Assembly (NCBI GenBank): GCA_964016885.1
Contig: OZ024743.1
Span: 319,672,001-319,736,000, forward strand
Source of the DNA: Eledone cirrhosa
Lineage: Eukaryota
DNA length: 64,000 nt
Direction: 5' to 3'
In this document: positions 30,288-46,612 of the stretch, in pieces
Position numbering within the stretch: the stretch's first letter is position 1
How the letters are laid out: each line of letters starts with the position of its first letter
The notes under the pieces: model-generated
The model's database searches: none
Seen by the model: only the letters and a program-made list of their open reading frames with translations
What the model was told of the DNA's origin: nothing
Position numbers and translations under genes: made by a program

Positions 30288-30670
30288 TTAGTAGGAACAC
30301 CAAAGCGAGCAATCCAATTGGAAATGAAATTTCGGGTAACGGACTGCTGTTATGTCCACTAAGGGTATGGTTTCAGACCACCGAGAGAAACGATCGATAC
30401 AAGTCAATATGTATGTGAACCCACGACTAACGGGCCATGGACCAACAATATCCATATGAATATGACGGAAACGTGCGTCTGGCGGGCTGAATTTCCCAAG
30501 AGGAGCGCGGACATGCCGATAAATTTTAGAGCACTGACACTTCAAACAAGAACGTGCCTAACCGGTGATTAAACGACGCATATTAGGCCAGAAAAATCGA
30601 GCCGTAATAAGCTTCACCGTGGCAGCTATGCCGGGATGCGACAAGGAATGAAGTGCATCAAAAACGGTAC
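30288..30670 (-). pseudogene. Gypsy (Ty3) integrase relic: H2C2 zinc domain and start of the rve core
   Basis: Translates to FDALHSLSHPGIAATVKLITARFFWPNM...CLKCQCSK..RH.RAPLGKF..PDARFRHIHMDIVGP....GFTYILTCIDRFSRW.E.IPL. Confidence 0.88.
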
Positions 30671-30990
30671 TTTGATGGCAATCTAGCCGTTGCTATGCAA
30701 AAAAACACCGTGGCTAACGCCCTCTGGTAGTGTCCAGTTAAGTCCGAAAGCCATCGACGTTTGTCCCCCTTGCTTCTGCTGGACTCTACTAGAGGGCGTT
30801 AACCCCGGTATTTTTGTTGTTGTTTCTTTTTGCATAGCTACGGCTTTCTAAATGTTTACCTGTAAACATATCGTGTTTCTTTGGAAATACGAAATTTCTA
30901 TACATATATGTATACAGTTATGCCTGAAGCTAATCCCTAATTCTCGCTCTCTCTCTCTCTCTTTCTCTCTCTCTCTATATATATATATGC

Positions 30991-31612
30991 ATGAAAAATA
31001 TGGGTGAGAAGAATACTGCTGGTTGCACATGGATAACATGTTATAAAATGAGTCCCTCATCAGTGATTTACCAAACGATCATGGGTATTTCATCGCATTA
31101 AAAATCATATACCTCACGTTGGAGCGATAATAACTAAAATAAGTTATTAGGACAACAGAAACGCGTAAAGCGAGTGAGACAAGTAAACAACACAGGGGGA
31201 AGCTAACCGAAGATGGAAATAAACACAAGCAACATAGTTATTCTTTCAGCATAAGCTGTGTGAATATATGAGCGAGTCAGAAACAGACCTTTCGCTAGTG
31301 AATCCGGTGTTAGAAAGAATGAAAACCGTTTTCCCAGCGAACGGGAGGAAGAAAGAAGGGGAGAAACAGGGACTGAGTGAGTGGGAGTGCGAGGAAGAGG
31401 TCAGTAGAGAGAAAGAGTTAACTGACATGGCAGAGGGGACGAAAGAAAGTAAGAGAAACAGAGAGAACGAGGGAGCAGTAAGAGAGAAAGAGAGAAACAC
31501 AGAATTGCAGTTTGGGTAAATATATGAAAAATATGGGTGAGAAGAATACTGCTGGTTGCACATGGATAACATGTTATAAAATGAGTCCCTCATCAGTGAT
31601 TTACCAAACGAT
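30991..31612. repeat. ~89-bp direct repeat (30991-31079 and ~31524-31612)
   Basis: atgaaaaatatgggtgagaag...tttaccaaacgat occurs twice; ORFs 30848..31060 and 31246..31593 share an identical N-terminus. Confidence 0.9.
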
Positions 31613-32678
31613 GAGCATGGTGTTATATTTCATAGGTCCGTCGATTCACCTGAATTTTCCTAACAACTAATTTTTTTTTTTTTTCATTTCCTTATTTTCT
31701 TCCTTGTATGTTCTCTTTAATCATACATTTTGTTTTTGTTAGATACTGCTCAATAATTTTTACATAATATCATGGGTTTTTTATGACATTGTGAGATTTT
31801 GCTACTCAATGGTTTAAATGTACTACATATTTTTACTGGATATACCTTCCGGATGGCATCATGATTGCGAATAGGACATCTTAACCATTCTTCCACTACA
31901 TCAGATCATGAAAAGAATGATCTTTATGTATTTATATTTTTCATATGACATCATTATCTATAGTATCTCTCCTACATACTTTGCACTTATGGCATTTCTA
32001 ATCCTTCTTAGTAAATTGTTATTCATAAATGTCTCCTAATTTCTTCATATTCTTTCTCTATATCTCCAAGTTTTCTAAACTTCTAATCTCAATTATGAAT
32101 CATCTGGTCTTTCTCCTTCTTTGTCGCTCTTGCTATGAGGCAATCTGCCTTCTTTCCTTCCTCGCCTTGTGGTTAGGACAATGGGTTTACGATCATAATG
32201 TTGTGGCTTCTGTTCCTGAACTGAGTGACGTGCTCTGTCTTTGAGCAAGACGCTTCTGTTCACGTTGTTTTCCGGGATGGGAATGAGGCTTTTACAACTA
32301 AAACACCCGAAAAACATCTTATGACATGCAACATAGTAAAGAGGCCAGGTGTGAGATGTAAATTTCGTTTTTTTTTTTTCATTGTTATACTTTCTCTATG
32401 ACTATAAATAAGGTGATGAACTGTCGTTAGAACGTCAGATAAAATTGTTCGTGGGTATTCGTTCCAGCTCTCTATGTTCTGGGTTTAACTCCCGCCGAAG
32501 TCAACTTCACCTAGCATCATTTCAAGGTCAATAAAATAGGTACCACTTCAGTCCTGGGGTCAATTCCTTCACTATTTCTTTTAGGTGTTAGCTCTAACAT
32601 AGATGTGTATATGAAATATGTGTTTCTGTATATTTAGTGGTATATTCATCAAAATACCGTATATCGCTAGATATACAA

Positions 32679-32716
<38 letters not shown>

Positions 32717-32718
<2 letters not shown>

Positions 32719-33276
32719 GTAAAGTTATATTTAAAATTGTTGGGTTACAACTAGTAAATATTTATAACTGATATAAAAGCACTCGACAAATATTTGGAGT
32801 ATATTTACAATATTAAATAAATGGAAAACTATATTTATAAAACCATATTTATTTCATTATATATATTTCGGGGATATCATATTAACAATATGCTATGCCT
32901 TCATCAGACAAAATACAATATAAACAGTTTTATAGATAAATATATTCGACATACCGTAATAAACATCAACTTCATTTGAAGAGGTTTACGCTAGCAGTGA
33001 AAATACAGAGAGAAAGAAAGAGAGAAAGAAAAGAGGGAAAAAAAGAAAGAAAGAAAGACAAAACGAAGAAAAGGAAGAAAAAGAAGAAAAAGAAAAAGAA
33101 GAAATGTATGGAACAAAATAGAGAGATGGAAAAATAGATAAAGCGAAGAGCTTCATGTAAAGAGGCAGAAAGATATATATATATATATAGAGAGAGGAAA
33201 TAGAGATAGATACATATATATATATAGAAAATTAGGTAGTGGGAGGTCATTTTGAGTAAGTGTATCAATGATACAT

Positions 33277-33319
<43 letters not shown>

Positions 33320-34643
33320 GCTCAAGTATTAATGTAAGGGAGATATATAGAGAGATATAGAGAGATATAGAGAGAGAAAAAAAATTTTAAAATAGCCAGA
33401 CATATTCGAGGCATAGAAAACCCTATGTTTTAATGTATTAGTATTTATAAAACTTACACTATATTGTAAATATCAGTATTCCTGAATGAAACAAGTATTC
33501 ACAATGTGTGAAAATTCATTATCTTATGTTTAGTTTTAAAAAATTCATATGTTTATGTGACAGCTACAAACATCAATGTGAATCCAACTGATTCACTCCG
33601 CAAACTCTAAGTTACCGGAAAACATTCTCAATGTGGTATAAAAATTTGAGCGTATTATTATTCTTGCGATTACTCTACAAGATTATCTATCAAGCAGAAA
33701 TAGAGAGCAGATTTCAATATACTAATCGAAAATATATATTATATTATAAACAAAGATAACAATAATAATAATAATAAGTAAAAATATATAAAAATATAGA
33801 ATAGAAAACTAAAAAAATATTACGAAAGAATATTACATAATAAAAATATTGCATATTAAAAATACTACGTATTAAAAAATATTACGTATTAAAAATTTAC
33901 ATATAAAAATATTAAAAATAAAATAAAAAATAAAAATATTATAGAATACTACAATACTAAAAGAATAAAAATAAAAATAAAAATAAAAATAAAAATAAAA
34001 ATAAAAATAAAAATAAAAATAAAAATAAAAATAAAAATAAAAATAAAAATAAAAATAAAAATAAAAATAAAAATGAAAATAAAAATAAACCACAAAGAAC
34101 AACCCTTCAAAGTTAATTGACAATATATTGCCAAGTTCACTACAAGACAAAGCCAAAAATTATCTATCAAATCACACCTAGCAAAGAATATCGCAAAAAG
34201 ATATCGCAAAAAGATATCTTTGTTTATAATATAATATATATTTTCGATTAGTATATTGAAATCTGCTCTCTATTTCTGCTTGATAGATAATCTTGTAGAG
34301 TAATCGCAAGAATAATAATACGCTCAAATTTTTATACCACATTGAGAATGTTTTCCGGTAACCTAGAGTTTGCGGAGTGAATCAGTTGGATTCACATTGA
34401 TGTTTGTAGCTGTCACATAAACATATGAATTTTTTAAAACTAAACATAAGATAATGAATTTTCACACATTGTGAATACTTGTTTCATTCAGGAATACTGA
34501 TATTTACAATATAGTGTAAGTTTTATAAATACTAATACATTAAAACATAGGGTTTTCTATGCCTCGAATATGTCTGGCTATTTTTAAATTTTTTTTCTCT
34601 CTCTATATCTCTCTATATATCTCCCTTACATTAATACTTGAGC

Positions 34644-34686
<43 letters not shown>

Positions 34687-35149
34687 ATGTATCATTGATA
34701 CACTTACTCAAAATGACCTCCCACTACCTAATTTTCTATATATATATATGTATCTATCTCTATTTCCTCTCTCTATATATATATATATATCTTTCTGCCT
34801 CTTTACATGAAGCTCTTCGCTTTATCTATTTTTCCATCTCTCTATTTTGTTCCATGCATTTCTTCTTTTTCTTCCTTTTCTTCGTTTTGTCTTTCTTTCT
34901 TTCTTTCTTTCTTTTTTTCCCTCTTTTCTTTCTCTCTTTCTTTCTCTCTGTATTTTCACTGCTAGCGTAAACCTCTTCAAATGAAGTTGATGTTTATTAC
35001 GGTATGTCGAATATATTTATCTATAAAACTGTTTATATTGTATTTTGTCTGATGAAGGCATAGCATATTGTTAATATGATATCCCCGAAATATATATAAT
35101 GAAATAAATATGGTTTTATAAATATAGTTTTCCATTTATTTAATATTGT
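32717..35149. repeat. Large fold-back of the PLE pLTR-like HHR family (arms ~32808-33758 and ~34214-35149)
   Basis: About 950-bp inverted arms (mirror ORFs 32972..33268- and 34695..34970+); the spacer contains (TAAAAA)n. HHRs at 32850-32915(-) and 35041-35106(+). Confidence 0.9.
35041..35106 (+). ncRNA. Type I hammerhead ribozyme (PLE pLTR family)
   Basis: tattttgt CTGATGA aggcatagcatattgttaatatgatatcccc GAAA tatata TA atgaaata. Confidence 0.75.
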
Positions 35150-35160
35150 ATATATATATA

Positions 35161-37082
<1,922 letters not shown>

Positions 37083-37879
37083 ATGTACGCGTGTGTGTCT
37101 GTCCGTGTATATATGTGTGTGTACGTATTGATGTGTGTATTTATGTTTGTATCTTTGTTTATGTCACGTAATTTAGCAGTTAGACAAAGATAAGATCGAT
37201 AAAATAGATACCAAAATTGAAAAAAAAAATGAAATAAAATAAACACTGATGGCGATATGACCAACTGAATCCCTTTAATCCGGTGCCCCAGCATGACCGC
37301 CGTCAAATGACTTAAACCGGTAAGAGAAGCGATGAATAAAGAATAATTGACCGAGTTACAAGCACAGTACCGCCAAAAGGAAAATATATAATTTTAATAA
37401 ATAATTGCTATCAGTGACATCTGTTAAATTAGATTATTTTCACATAGAGCCAGAGCAGATTTGAATATACTGTAGATTATAACTAGAAACTAATGTCTCT
37501 TTCTACTTATTATTGTGAAGGTGCAGGGCTTAGTGGTTAAGTTATTCGACTTACCATCATGAGTTCAGTTCCTGGCGGCGTCTTGTATCCTTGAACAAAA
37601 GACCTTATTTAACGTTTCTTCAGTTCACTCTGTTGACAAAAATAAGTAGTACATGTAATACAAAAAGCCAGCTTTGTCACACACTATTTCCTGCTGAATT
37701 TCGCTGAGAAATACTTTAAAAGTGCACGTATTTGTAAAATGCTCAGTCACGTGCATTTTAATCTTAAGAGAAGGTTGTTCAGGTGATTGAACAACTGAAA
37801 CACTCACCGACGAAACCGACGGAAGTCCATACCTGATAAAAACGGGTCTTCTTCAGATAAGCTACAATTATCGTATTTA

Positions 37880-38120
37880 TTTCTTCTGCATACACAAGCG
37901 TTTTCAGGCCATTTTATTCGGTAAAACAAAGGTTAGTCTTGATGTTACACGACAGTCTTCATACTTATCATGTGGGTCCTTTTGCAGCAGGGCGCCATTT
38001 CTGACACCAACCATTTCAGTTGCCACTCCCAACACTTCTACATAATAATTTATAACTTTATTTTGCATTTCGGGTGACACATGTGTCATTTTAACATTCT
38101 TTCAAATAATTTTCTAAAAC
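37880..38120 (-). pseudogene. Possible hAT transposase relic
   Basis: THVSPEMQNKVI and MVGVRNG..LLQKDP..KYEDC...RLTFVL resemble the TY.S..IQNELI and MSG..NGV...P.A.YVHC.AH.LNL motifs of hAT transposases; heavily deleted. Confidence 0.45.
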
Positions 38121-39199
38121 AGGAAAAGAAAACTAATCTTTTCCCACCCAATGTAATGCTATACCTTGATACCTTAATATTTGAATCATAGGGGACACCG
38201 TATTAATATACTATAGGTAATTTAACCCTAGAAGAGCCCTTCTACCCACGTCTGAACACAGACGATCTCTTCCAGAAGAAAAGCGTGAGGTAACATGGGA
38301 GAGAAAGCAATACATATTGAGGAAGAATTTAACTCAGCAATGGTTCTTTATTTATCGACCATGAGAAAATGAAAGGCATAGTTGAGCTCAGCGGGATTTG
38401 AACGTAGAGAACAGAATGCTATCCAAATATTTTAAAGAATCTGCCAACTCTCTGCCATACTCCAAGGCCGGACATTCTACTGCCGAAGCTACAAGCTATA
38501 TAAAATCTCAGGCTCTTCTCTAAAAAGATTCGTGTAAACATTTAAACAAATAATTATACATTATTTATTAATGAATACAAAATTAGATTATTTAATATAT
38601 ATATATAATTTTTGATGATTCAGTATTAAAGAATAAAAACTAATGATAAAATACATATACTTCTTTAAAAATGAGGCCCCCGAGGCTGGGTAGGCCTAAG
38701 CTATAGCTTATTTAGTTTATAGGTAATTCAAGCGCTGCATTACCCACTGAAATACCAAATAAAAAATACAAAAGAAAGGTAAGGCGCAAATAGTCAGATC
38801 GGACCAAGGAAACTATTTCCATTGTTGGGTACAATACCAAAGGGAAGAACACAGGATTTGAACTCAGAATGTACAGAGCCGGATCAGATATTGATTATTT
38901 AACAATTTCCACAATCCATCGCCCTTCGTCGATTCCTTCATTTGACCTCGGCAAGATTTGAACTTAAATCGACTTTACCTTCCTGACAAATTGCTGGCCT
39001 TGTGCTTAAATCAGAAACCATTATATAGTGTAAACTTTGTGACATAGTATTACGTCCATTTATGTTCTGAATTCAAATCCCTCCTTCAAAATTATTGCCC
39101 TTGTGCCAAAATCAGAAATCAGAAAGCAAAGTTAACCTCAGCGGGATTTGAACTCAGAAGGTAAAGGGACGTAACTCTATAACGCAAAGATAACACTAT

Positions 39200-39390
39200 A
39201 TAATTGTTTCTACTTTTTGCACAAGGCCAACAATTATCCCAGTGCATTACTGGTACTTTATTTTATCGACCCCGTAAGGATGAAATGCAAAGTTAACCTC
39301 GGCGGGATTTGAACTCAGATCGTAAAGGGCCGTAACTCTATGCTACAAAGCATGGCTTCTGACCCTCTACCGATACTGCCAATCCACTGC
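39200..39390 (-). mobile_element. tRNA-derived SINE (family 1) within a cluster of SINE fragments (38335-39780)
   Basis: Near-identical to 6857-7045. Confidence 0.85.
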
Positions 39391-39778
39391 AAGATGGATT
39401 GTATCTGGAATTCAAAGGTCCAGCTTTGTCACATATCGTAACACGCTCATTCGTCCAGGGAATTGTGTCATGGATGTACTTGTCTGTGGAATACTCAGCC
39501 ACTTGTATGTTAATTCAACGAGTCGGACGTCCATTGGTTGATCAAACAACTGAATATTTATCGCCTAAACTGAAAAGTTACCAACAATTTATTCTTTTAC
39601 TGGTTTCAGTAGCTAGAGAATGACCATGCAAGGACACCACCTTAATGTCCATCATATTGAACGCCGTTCTTATTTCTTTCATGTTTGATATATATAGGCC
39701 ATAGGTGGCGAATTGGCAGAGGTCAACTTTGTGAGGTCAATAAAAAAATACACCAGTCTGGTGTTGGGGTCGATTCTT

Positions 39779-39814
<36 letters not shown>

Positions 39815-41009
39815 TTTCGCACACAAAAATTCGCCGGAGTACAAAAATCCTCGTCTTAGCTGATGCAGTACAGTTTAAAATTCTGTAAAGGATCCACTGG
39901 TGATCGATTTAAAATAGATCCATAAACCATCAAATTCCGGACAAGGGAATTCTCATCGGCCAGCAGTGAGAGGAGGGATTTCCGAAAATCGACCTGACTA
40001 CTAAATTCTCAAGTCGGCGCCGGTGTGACATTAACGGCGTGTGTGTGTGTGTGTTCGTGCGTAAGGAAGCGTGGATTTCTAACCAAAACCTGTCTTTGTG
40101 TATCATAAATAACCTCCTCAAAACGTCTTTATACAATATTGTAAAATACGTGACCAATTAGCAATAATATGGTGGGTTTTATTGCATAATTTACCACCTA
40201 AGTGTATACTACTGCCTATTTTATATATATGACGCCTGTTGTGCGTGTGGGATGTCTCTTCGTGGGTTTCTTTGTATGCGTATATGTGCGTGTCTATGTG
40301 TGCGTGTCTATGTGTGCGTGTGTATATGTGTTTGCATGTCTGTCTGTGTTTACGTGTCTGTGTATTTGTGTGTAGGTGCGTTTACGCGCGCGCCTGTGAG
40401 TATGTGCTTTATGTGGTTGTTGTGGGTAAGGATGTGTGCGTGCGTGAATGTACGGGTGTGTATGCACGTACGCGTGTGTGTGTCTTTTTGCTTTAAGAAA
40501 TGACAATTCTTCTCTTATTACTAATTACATATACACCTTGAGCAGGTATGAATTGTCTGAAACATACGTGTATGTGTGTGTCTATATGCTAGACCTCCAT
40601 CTGTTCCAACGACGAGTGTTTCAGTTGTTCTATCAGCGGAACAGACTACTCCTGAACTTAGCGTGTATCTAAGTGACTGACCATTTGAAAGAGACATGTA
40701 ACCTTAGCGTAGTCTCTTGGAGTTTCAACCAGACAATTTATGACAAGTCTTGCCACGTGAAATTACGCCTAGAGCCCATTTTTTCCCAGCTGAGTCACCT
40801 GGAGCAATGTGAAAAGAAATGGCTTGTTGAAGAACACAGCAACCTACACAGTCTGGGAATCGATCTTAGAATCATCAGCCAAACACCGTAACAACTAAGC
40901 CACCCTCTTTCACAAGAGAAAATTATACAATTGAAACACCAGCATTCAGATTTCTTTGGAATGGATGCTTAGATAAGACTTAACCACTCACTATTGATAA
41001 CAATTATTA

Positions 41010-41065
41010 TAGATGTGTGTCTGTATGTATATATCCGTGTATAAGCAGACGCGCATATATATGTG

Positions 41066-41098
<33 letters not shown>

Positions 41099-41105
41099 AT
41101 ATATG

Positions 41106-41136
<31 letters not shown>

Positions 41137-41153
41137 ATATATATGTGTGTGTG

Positions 41154-41188
<35 letters not shown>

Positions 41189-41209
41189 ATATATAAATAT
41201 GTGTGTGTG

Positions 41210-41256
<47 letters not shown>

Positions 41257-41507
41257 GTGTGTGTGTGTGTATATATATATGTGTGTGTGTGTGTGGGTGT
41301 GTATATATATATGTGTATGTGTATATATATATATATGTGTATGTTTGTATATATATATATGTGTGTGTATATATATATGTGTGTGCGTGTGTGTGTATAT
41401 ATATGTGTGTGTGTATATATATATATATGTGTATGTGTGTATATATATATATGTGTGTGTATATATATATGTGTGTGCGTGTGTGTGTATATATATGTGT
41501 GTGTGTG

Positions 41508-41596
<89 letters not shown>

Positions 41597-41642
41597 ATAT
41601 ATATATGTGTGTGTATATATATATGTGTGTGTGTGCGTGCGT
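41010..41642. repeat. Compound (TA)n/(TG)n microsatellite
   Basis: Read directly. Confidence 0.95.
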
Positions 41643-41914
41643 GATGATTTGATTGTGTAAGCAGGCCACAGAAATACGCATTGCGATGTTTGGAATATTA
41701 AAGGAATAATTTGAATCCGCTGAAATATTTAACTCCGTTCGTGCACCAACGACGAGATACTACATACACGAGGAGTTGCATAACGTTAAGTGTTTTTGTT
41801 TGTAGCATCATGGTGTGCTAATCGGAATGACTAGAACTACCTATTAGTTAAAACATCCAACATAAATTGTACACGCACGCGCACACACACACACAAACAT
41901 ACATACACTCACAT

Positions 41915-41973
<59 letters not shown>

Positions 41974-42665
41974 AGAGTATTGAAGTTTGCTTGAAGCATT
42001 GTGGAACAATAAGTAAATATCTTTAAGTCGTTTGGAAGCCTCGACAATGCAAATGGGTAAATCTCCGGGTAACAAGGTCCGGTGGTGGAGAGAGAGATGT
42101 AAGTGGGTGTACGTTGAGATGCGTGGTGTGTATAAGATGTGTGAGATGTGTAGAATGAAGGGAAGAGTATAAAGGATAAAAATAAAAATAACAACACAAG
42201 AGAGAGTTACCTTGGGAGAGATTTAATAGTCCCTATATATTTCGGATTCACATCCATCAACTGGGGTTTTTTTCCGGGGTGGGGGAAAAGGTTGTCTGTC
42301 GGACAAGTCCGGAACGCGTCTTTCGCTGTTTGTTGTTTTGAATATCTGAGGTATTCGGCAGAGCGCGCGTGCGCGTGAAATGGGGTCGGTCGTACAGAGG
42401 TCAGCGGCCGAATGAGGAAGTGGGATGGCGCTAGCTGTCAGTCCATTCTCTGCCTGTTTGTTAAATGTTACTGTGTGTGTGTGTGCGTGTGTTGTTGTCT
42501 CGATTGAGTGTGTGTGTGTGTGTGTTGTTGCCTTGTTCATCTGTATTGGCAGTGTAGTATGTTCGTATGGTGGAATGCTACTGTGTGTGTGTGCGTGTGT
42601 GTGTGTAGTTGTCTCGTTTGCGTGTGTGTGTGCGTGTGTTGTGTGTTGTAGCATCGCTTGTTAAC

Positions 42666-42944
42666 TTAAACCAGCCATTTCATTTCGCTTCTCTCTGATC
42701 GGTTGTTTATTTGCGGTTGCAGTCGTTTGATAAAAAGCGCTTCCTTGATACGTAACGCGCCGACGTTTCTTTCAGTCGCTAGAATTGTGACAATGGGCCT
42801 TCCGTCTTTGTTTCCGCATTTGTCTATGTGTTTCCGGAAAGACGAGGCCCTGGTTTTAGTGTGTTCCTTGATCCGGATGTGCAAAGGTCGAATTGTGCTA
42901 CCTATGTAGTATTGGTTGCACCTGTCACATTCTATCTTATACAC
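42666..42944 (-). CDS. GIY-YIG endonuclease domain of the Penelope-like element (separated by a frameshift)
   Basis: VYKIECDRCNQYYIGST..LHIRIKEH...IKEALFI..LQPQIN. Confidence 0.85.
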   Translation of the reverse strand: MYKIECDRCNQYYIGSTIRPLHIRIKEHTKTRASSFRKHIDKCGNKDGRPIVTILATERNVGALRIKEALFIKRLQPQINNRSERSEMKWLV

Positions 42945-43005
42945 GACGTATGTGCGTAGGCAACAGTTCGCATGGCGTATCGGGCAGTCTCTGAGGGAGC
43001 ATGCG

Positions 43006-44577
43006 TCAGTAGATTTTTTCGGGTTTCCTGGAGAGGCATCTTGGCAGGGAGGGGCCCGAGTGGGCCAGATGGATGTCGAGACCCTCCCTCCGTATAGCCT
43101 TGCGGATAGCGTTGGTGGTTTTCTCGCCCAGGTGTGGCATTTTAAGGAAGCACTTGCCTTGGGTGCTTCTCTGTCTCTTGCGTCTGGTGTCTCCTATTCT
43201 GTCTGTGATCGAGGTATGGTACCCGTTCGTCTCCAGCACCTCGAGGAATCGCTTGGTATGAGTGACACCACTCGCGGGATCGCTGCATCTGTTTTTGATT
43301 CGCGCGATCTCGTTCGTGATGTATCCTCTTTTGGTACTGTTAGAGAAGGCGGACTTGTAGTGAACGAATAGGTCCCTGCATGCTGCCTTTCTGTAGAAGT
43401 TGCAGTGGATCCCTCCTTGTTCCGTGATGTTGATTCGGAAGTCGAGGAGGGCAAGTGACCCGTCTTCGTTGGGGTGTTCAACACTGAAGTCAATGTTCTC
43501 GTCCGTGTTGTTGAACGTCTCATAGATTCTGTTCGCCGTGTCTTGAGAAGATGTGAGGATGAGGATATCGTCCCCGTATCTTGAGAAAAAGGCTACGGCG
43601 TTGGGGTGGCAGGCGTCGAGTGCCTTGCGTTCGAGGTTGTCCATGTAGGAGATCGCTAGCACACCTGATAGGCTTGATCCCATGGGCAATCCCGAGGTTT
43701 GTTGGTATATTTGGTCAAGGAATCCGAAGTAGGTGTTGTCGACGGCGATGGATAGGAGTTGGTGGATGTCAATGGTGGTGAGCCCGAAGCAGTGTAGGTC
43801 GGTGGATTGGACGCGTTCCATTAGTATATTGACGGCCGGGAGTGCCGGGACCGAGGTGTAGAGAGCGACTACATCAAGGCTGAAGGCATATCTGTTATTC
43901 CTTCTGGTGTCGGGATCCATTTGATGCAGGCGCTTCAACACCTCCTCGGAGCTGTTAACGTGTCCCGGCAAGGTGTCTAAGATGGGTTTGAGTATTCTGG
44001 CTAGGAGCCATGAAATTTTGTAGAGTGGTCCCTCCACGCTCGATACGATGGGTCTGATTTTCAGGTCGGGTCCCTGTTTGTGTGTTTTTACGAGGTGGTA
44101 GAAGGCGGGTAGTCTGCTGTTCCTCGTGAGGAGGTTGTATCTCAGCTTCTTCGGGAGCTTCCGCCGGTCGCAGATGTTGGTCCAGGCGGAGTTGATGTGT
44201 TCTATCTGCGCGGGAGTGATTCCCGTGACCTTGGAGTAGAGGTTGTCATCGTCAAGGTGTTGGAGGGCCAGGGTGTTGTAGGCCTCTCTGCTGATGACGC
44301 AGAATTCTTTTCCCTTGTCGGAGGGAAGATAGATGAGGTTCTTCGATTTTAGGTTGGAGAGAGTGGTGAGTTGAGATTTGGTGAGGTTATGTGTTGTGCG
44401 TGTGTGTGTGTGTTTGTGAAGTATATCCGAGATGGAGTGTTTTAGCCTGATGAGTTTAGTGTCGAGTTCGTGGTTGGTGGGTGGGGGGTGGAGTGGGTTG
44501 TCGGGGTGGTAAGTGGGGAACTTGGGGTGGGTTGTGTCGGCGCTGTTATTATCTGTGGCGCTGTTGACAGCGGTCAC
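43006..44577 (-). CDS. Penelope-like reverse transcriptase (frameshifted segment)
   Basis: 523-aa frame containing the PLE RT motifs; the catalytic motif reads YGDD. Confidence 0.85.
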   Translation of the reverse strand: MTAVNSATDNNSADTTHPKFPTYHPDNPLHPPPTNHELDTKLIRLKHSISDILHKHTHTRTTHNLTKSQLTTLSNLKSKNLIYLPSDKGKEFCVISREAYNTLALQHLDDDNLYSKVTGITPAQIEHINSAWTNICDRRKLPKKLRYNLLTRNSRLPAFYHLVKTHKQGPDLKIRPIVSSVEGPLYKISWLLARILKPILDTLPGHVNSSEEVLKRLHQMDPDTRRNNRYAFSLDVVALYTSVPALPAVNILMERVQSTDLHCFGLTTIDIHQLLSIAVDNTYFGFLDQIYQQTSGLPMGSSLSGVLAISYMDNLERKALDACHPNAVAFFSRYGDDILILTSSQDTANRIYETFNNTDENIDFSVEHPNEDGSLALLDFRINITEQGGIHCNFYRKAACRDLFVHYKSAFSNSTKRGYITNEIARIKNRCSDPASGVTHTKRFLEVLETNGYHTSITDRIGDTRRKRQRSTQGKCFLKMPHLGEKTTNAIRKAIRREGLDIHLAHSGPSLPRCLSRKPEKIY

Positions 44578-45139
44578 CCATTTAAGTTGGTAAGCGGCTC
44601 GACAAAAGTTGGCCTCGATGTTGAGTTTGAGTCTGTCGTCGAGACGTTGTGTGACGATGAACTTAGGTCTGAGGTGTAGGAGTTTCAGCTCGTCGCTCGT
44701 GAGAGTGCCGGTTAGGTCGGTGACCAGGTGCGTCGCATGGCTCGGTGTTGGTGGTGGTTGCGGCGGTGGCGGTTGTTAAGTTGTTGTTTTCCACGTGGTT
44801 CTGGTCCGTCTGTTCGTTAGTGTCGATGTTCTCGTTGTGGCGTTTCGACAAGATCCACTCATATTTTCGCTTGAGCCGTTTTTTCTCGTATTGGACTCTG
44901 GAGTGGTAGCACTGGTCGATTGCTTTAGTGATTTTTAGGAGCAAGTCTCCGGGTGCTATTGGCAGTCGATGTGTCCGCTCTGAGAGTGTCCGCTTATGGA
45001 CGTGTAATTGGCGGTTGAGATGTCTCAGGATCTGTTTAATACACTATATATATATGCAGAGGTTATATTTAATTTGTTGGGATACAACAAGCAAAATATT
45101 TATATATAATATATAATACAATATATAATACAATATATA

Positions 45140-46181
<1,042 letters not shown>

Positions 46182-46221
46182 ATAGGCTGCTATATATATA
46201 TGTCTTCAAATTTATTATTAT

Positions 46222-46281
<60 letters not shown>

Positions 46282-46612
46282 CATTCATAGGTTTCGGTCA
46301 GTATTGTCAGGAGAATGCCGTGACCAACCCCCTACCCCTAGTACAACACCGTATTCTTTAAACTCATATCACGCATAGCCCTACCACATCCACACCACAC
46401 ACAGCACCTCCGCCTTACCATGTACATGCCTACATGTCAAGCCAAAACACCATACGCCGCAACATCAACCATTGCTCCCCACCACTACCGAGTTACTACG
46501 CTCACACTCCACCTATGATACATGCCAAAACATACCCCATAATTAACCCACCAATCAAAAAATAAACTGAACAACATATGAACCATGTATACTCATTCTG
46601 TCATTACAACAA

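Larger units (their letters stand above)
41845..45035 (-). mobile_element. Penelope-like element (RT + C-terminal GIY-YIG, Cys-containing linker), frameshifted, 5'-truncated
   Basis: PSDKG, FYHLVKTHK, RPIVS, SLDVVALYTSVP, GLPMGS and RYGDD in 43006..44577; CPI...CC..VVYKIECDRCNQYYIGST.R.L..RIKEH in 42666..43000; degenerate HHR at 42231-42266. Confidence 0.9.

Noticed and set aside
29461-30290. Possible LTR/PBS for the Gypsy relic (TGTAGC-GACTA-GCTACA at 29461; TGGTGACCCTGACG-like near 29518 and 30285 on -)
   Set aside because: The order relative to the integrase is inconsistent and I could not identify a second LTR or a TSD.
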